From contig NC_092402.1 in assembly GCF_030028105.1 (NCBI RefSeq), positions 44,132,137-44,196,136 on the forward strand: a stretch of DNA of 64,000 nucleotides. The letters run 5' to 3'. The notes under the pieces were generated by a model. The model ran no database searches, was not told the origin of the DNA, and was given only the letters and a program-made list of their open reading frames with translations. Of the stretch, positions 63,129-64,000 are shown piece by piece. Each line of letters begins with the position of its first letter. Position 1 is the stretch's first letter. This DNA is from Mobula birostris (lineage: Eukaryota). The position numbers and the translations under genes were made by a program.

Positions 63129-63569
63129 TAATAGTAATTGTATATGGGTTATTAACATGTGCAGTCAACAAGATGCTTGGCAGTAAAGGCAATTTTCTGT
63201 AGGTTGTTTAGAAATCTCATATGTACCAAGGGAGCTAGTTAAACATGATGAGAGTCTGGGACATTTAGTTTAGTTACAGACACTTTTGTTTAGATGAGCT
63301 ATCAAATGGCTTACTCTTGTGAATTGTCTAGTTTTATGATATAAATAAATATGATTTTTGGTCTACTGCCCCGGTCATTCATCAACATTAGCATGTTTTT
63401 TCTTCCCTTGAGAGCTAATAAAAGTTCCAAAAACTTTCTGAGGATAAACTAATGGCAGGAAAAGAACTGAGACCACATTGATCTGCAGTAAGATCTTCTG
63501 CTTCACCAATGCCATTCATCAGATGAGGTTAATCAGAACTACGATCTGTTTTCTAAGGGACATCGAAAA

Positions 63570-63775
63570 GAAAACACACACAAAATAGCTGGAGGAACAC
63601 AGCAGGTCAGGCAGGATCTATGATAAAGAATAAAGAATTGACATTTTAGGTTGGGTGTCAGCTGGAAACATTAGCTCTTTATTACTTTCCATAGATGCTG
63701 CCTAACCTGTTGAGTATCTCCAGCATTTTGTGCAAGTTACTCTGGATTTTCAACATCTGCCAAATCTCTTGTGGT
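63570..63775. mobile_element. Penelope-derived inverted repeat
   Basis: Inverted arms 'acacacaaaatagctggaggaacacagcaggtcaggcag' and 'gctgcctaacctgttgagtatctccagcattttgtg'. Confidence 0.7.
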
Positions 63776-64000
63776 TATATCTAAGATCCAAAGCCACCCA
63801 TTCAGTATTTCACTGTTGAACCCACTGCCTAATATTCCCATGTCTTGGAATAACACACTTACTGTAAATCTTGGAAACACTCCTAGCATCTCTTAACACA
63901 CAGAATACGCAATTGCTTCCTGCAGAACACAACAGGATTGTGGGAAACACTAGCATTGATGTTTTCAGCCCAGTAACACGTTGGTAACTTACTGACACAG

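Overview
Eukaryotic (vertebrate) genomic DNA, most likely a cartilaginous fish and probably a ray (inferred from the repeat complement). Most or all of the window lies within the thyroid hormone receptor alpha gene (THRA) on the minus strand. Three coding exons, none in the ORF track, were found by reading the reverse strand: 35951-36015 (A/B domain, WPDGKKKRKNSQSSMKSTSMS), 13250-13350 (zinc finger 1) and 4974-5121 (zinc finger 2). All have canonical AG/GT splice sites and compatible phases. The introns are packed with decayed mobile elements: CR1 LINEs (one near full-length with ORF1 and ORF2), Rex1/Babar-type LINEs, a 2.7-kb RTE/BovB-type LINE, V-, Deu- and CORE-like SINEs, Tc1/mariner derivatives, and many Penelope-like fragments. 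Nearly all long ORFs in the track are pieces of these elements. The most interesting structures are: (i) a dispersed family of Penelope-derived repeats whose consensus folds as a minimal type I hammerhead ribozyme; (ii) a perfect 210-bp palindrome between the two zinc-finger exons that carries splice signals on both strands; (iii) a composite transposon made of two mini-MITEs flanking about 400 bp of passenger DNA; (iv) a CR1 with two tandem ORF2 starts; (v) a perfect ER8 nuclear-receptor element in a THRA intron. Repeat family names come from recognising motifs, not from database searches, and repeat boundaries are approximate unless a TSD or TIR is quoted.
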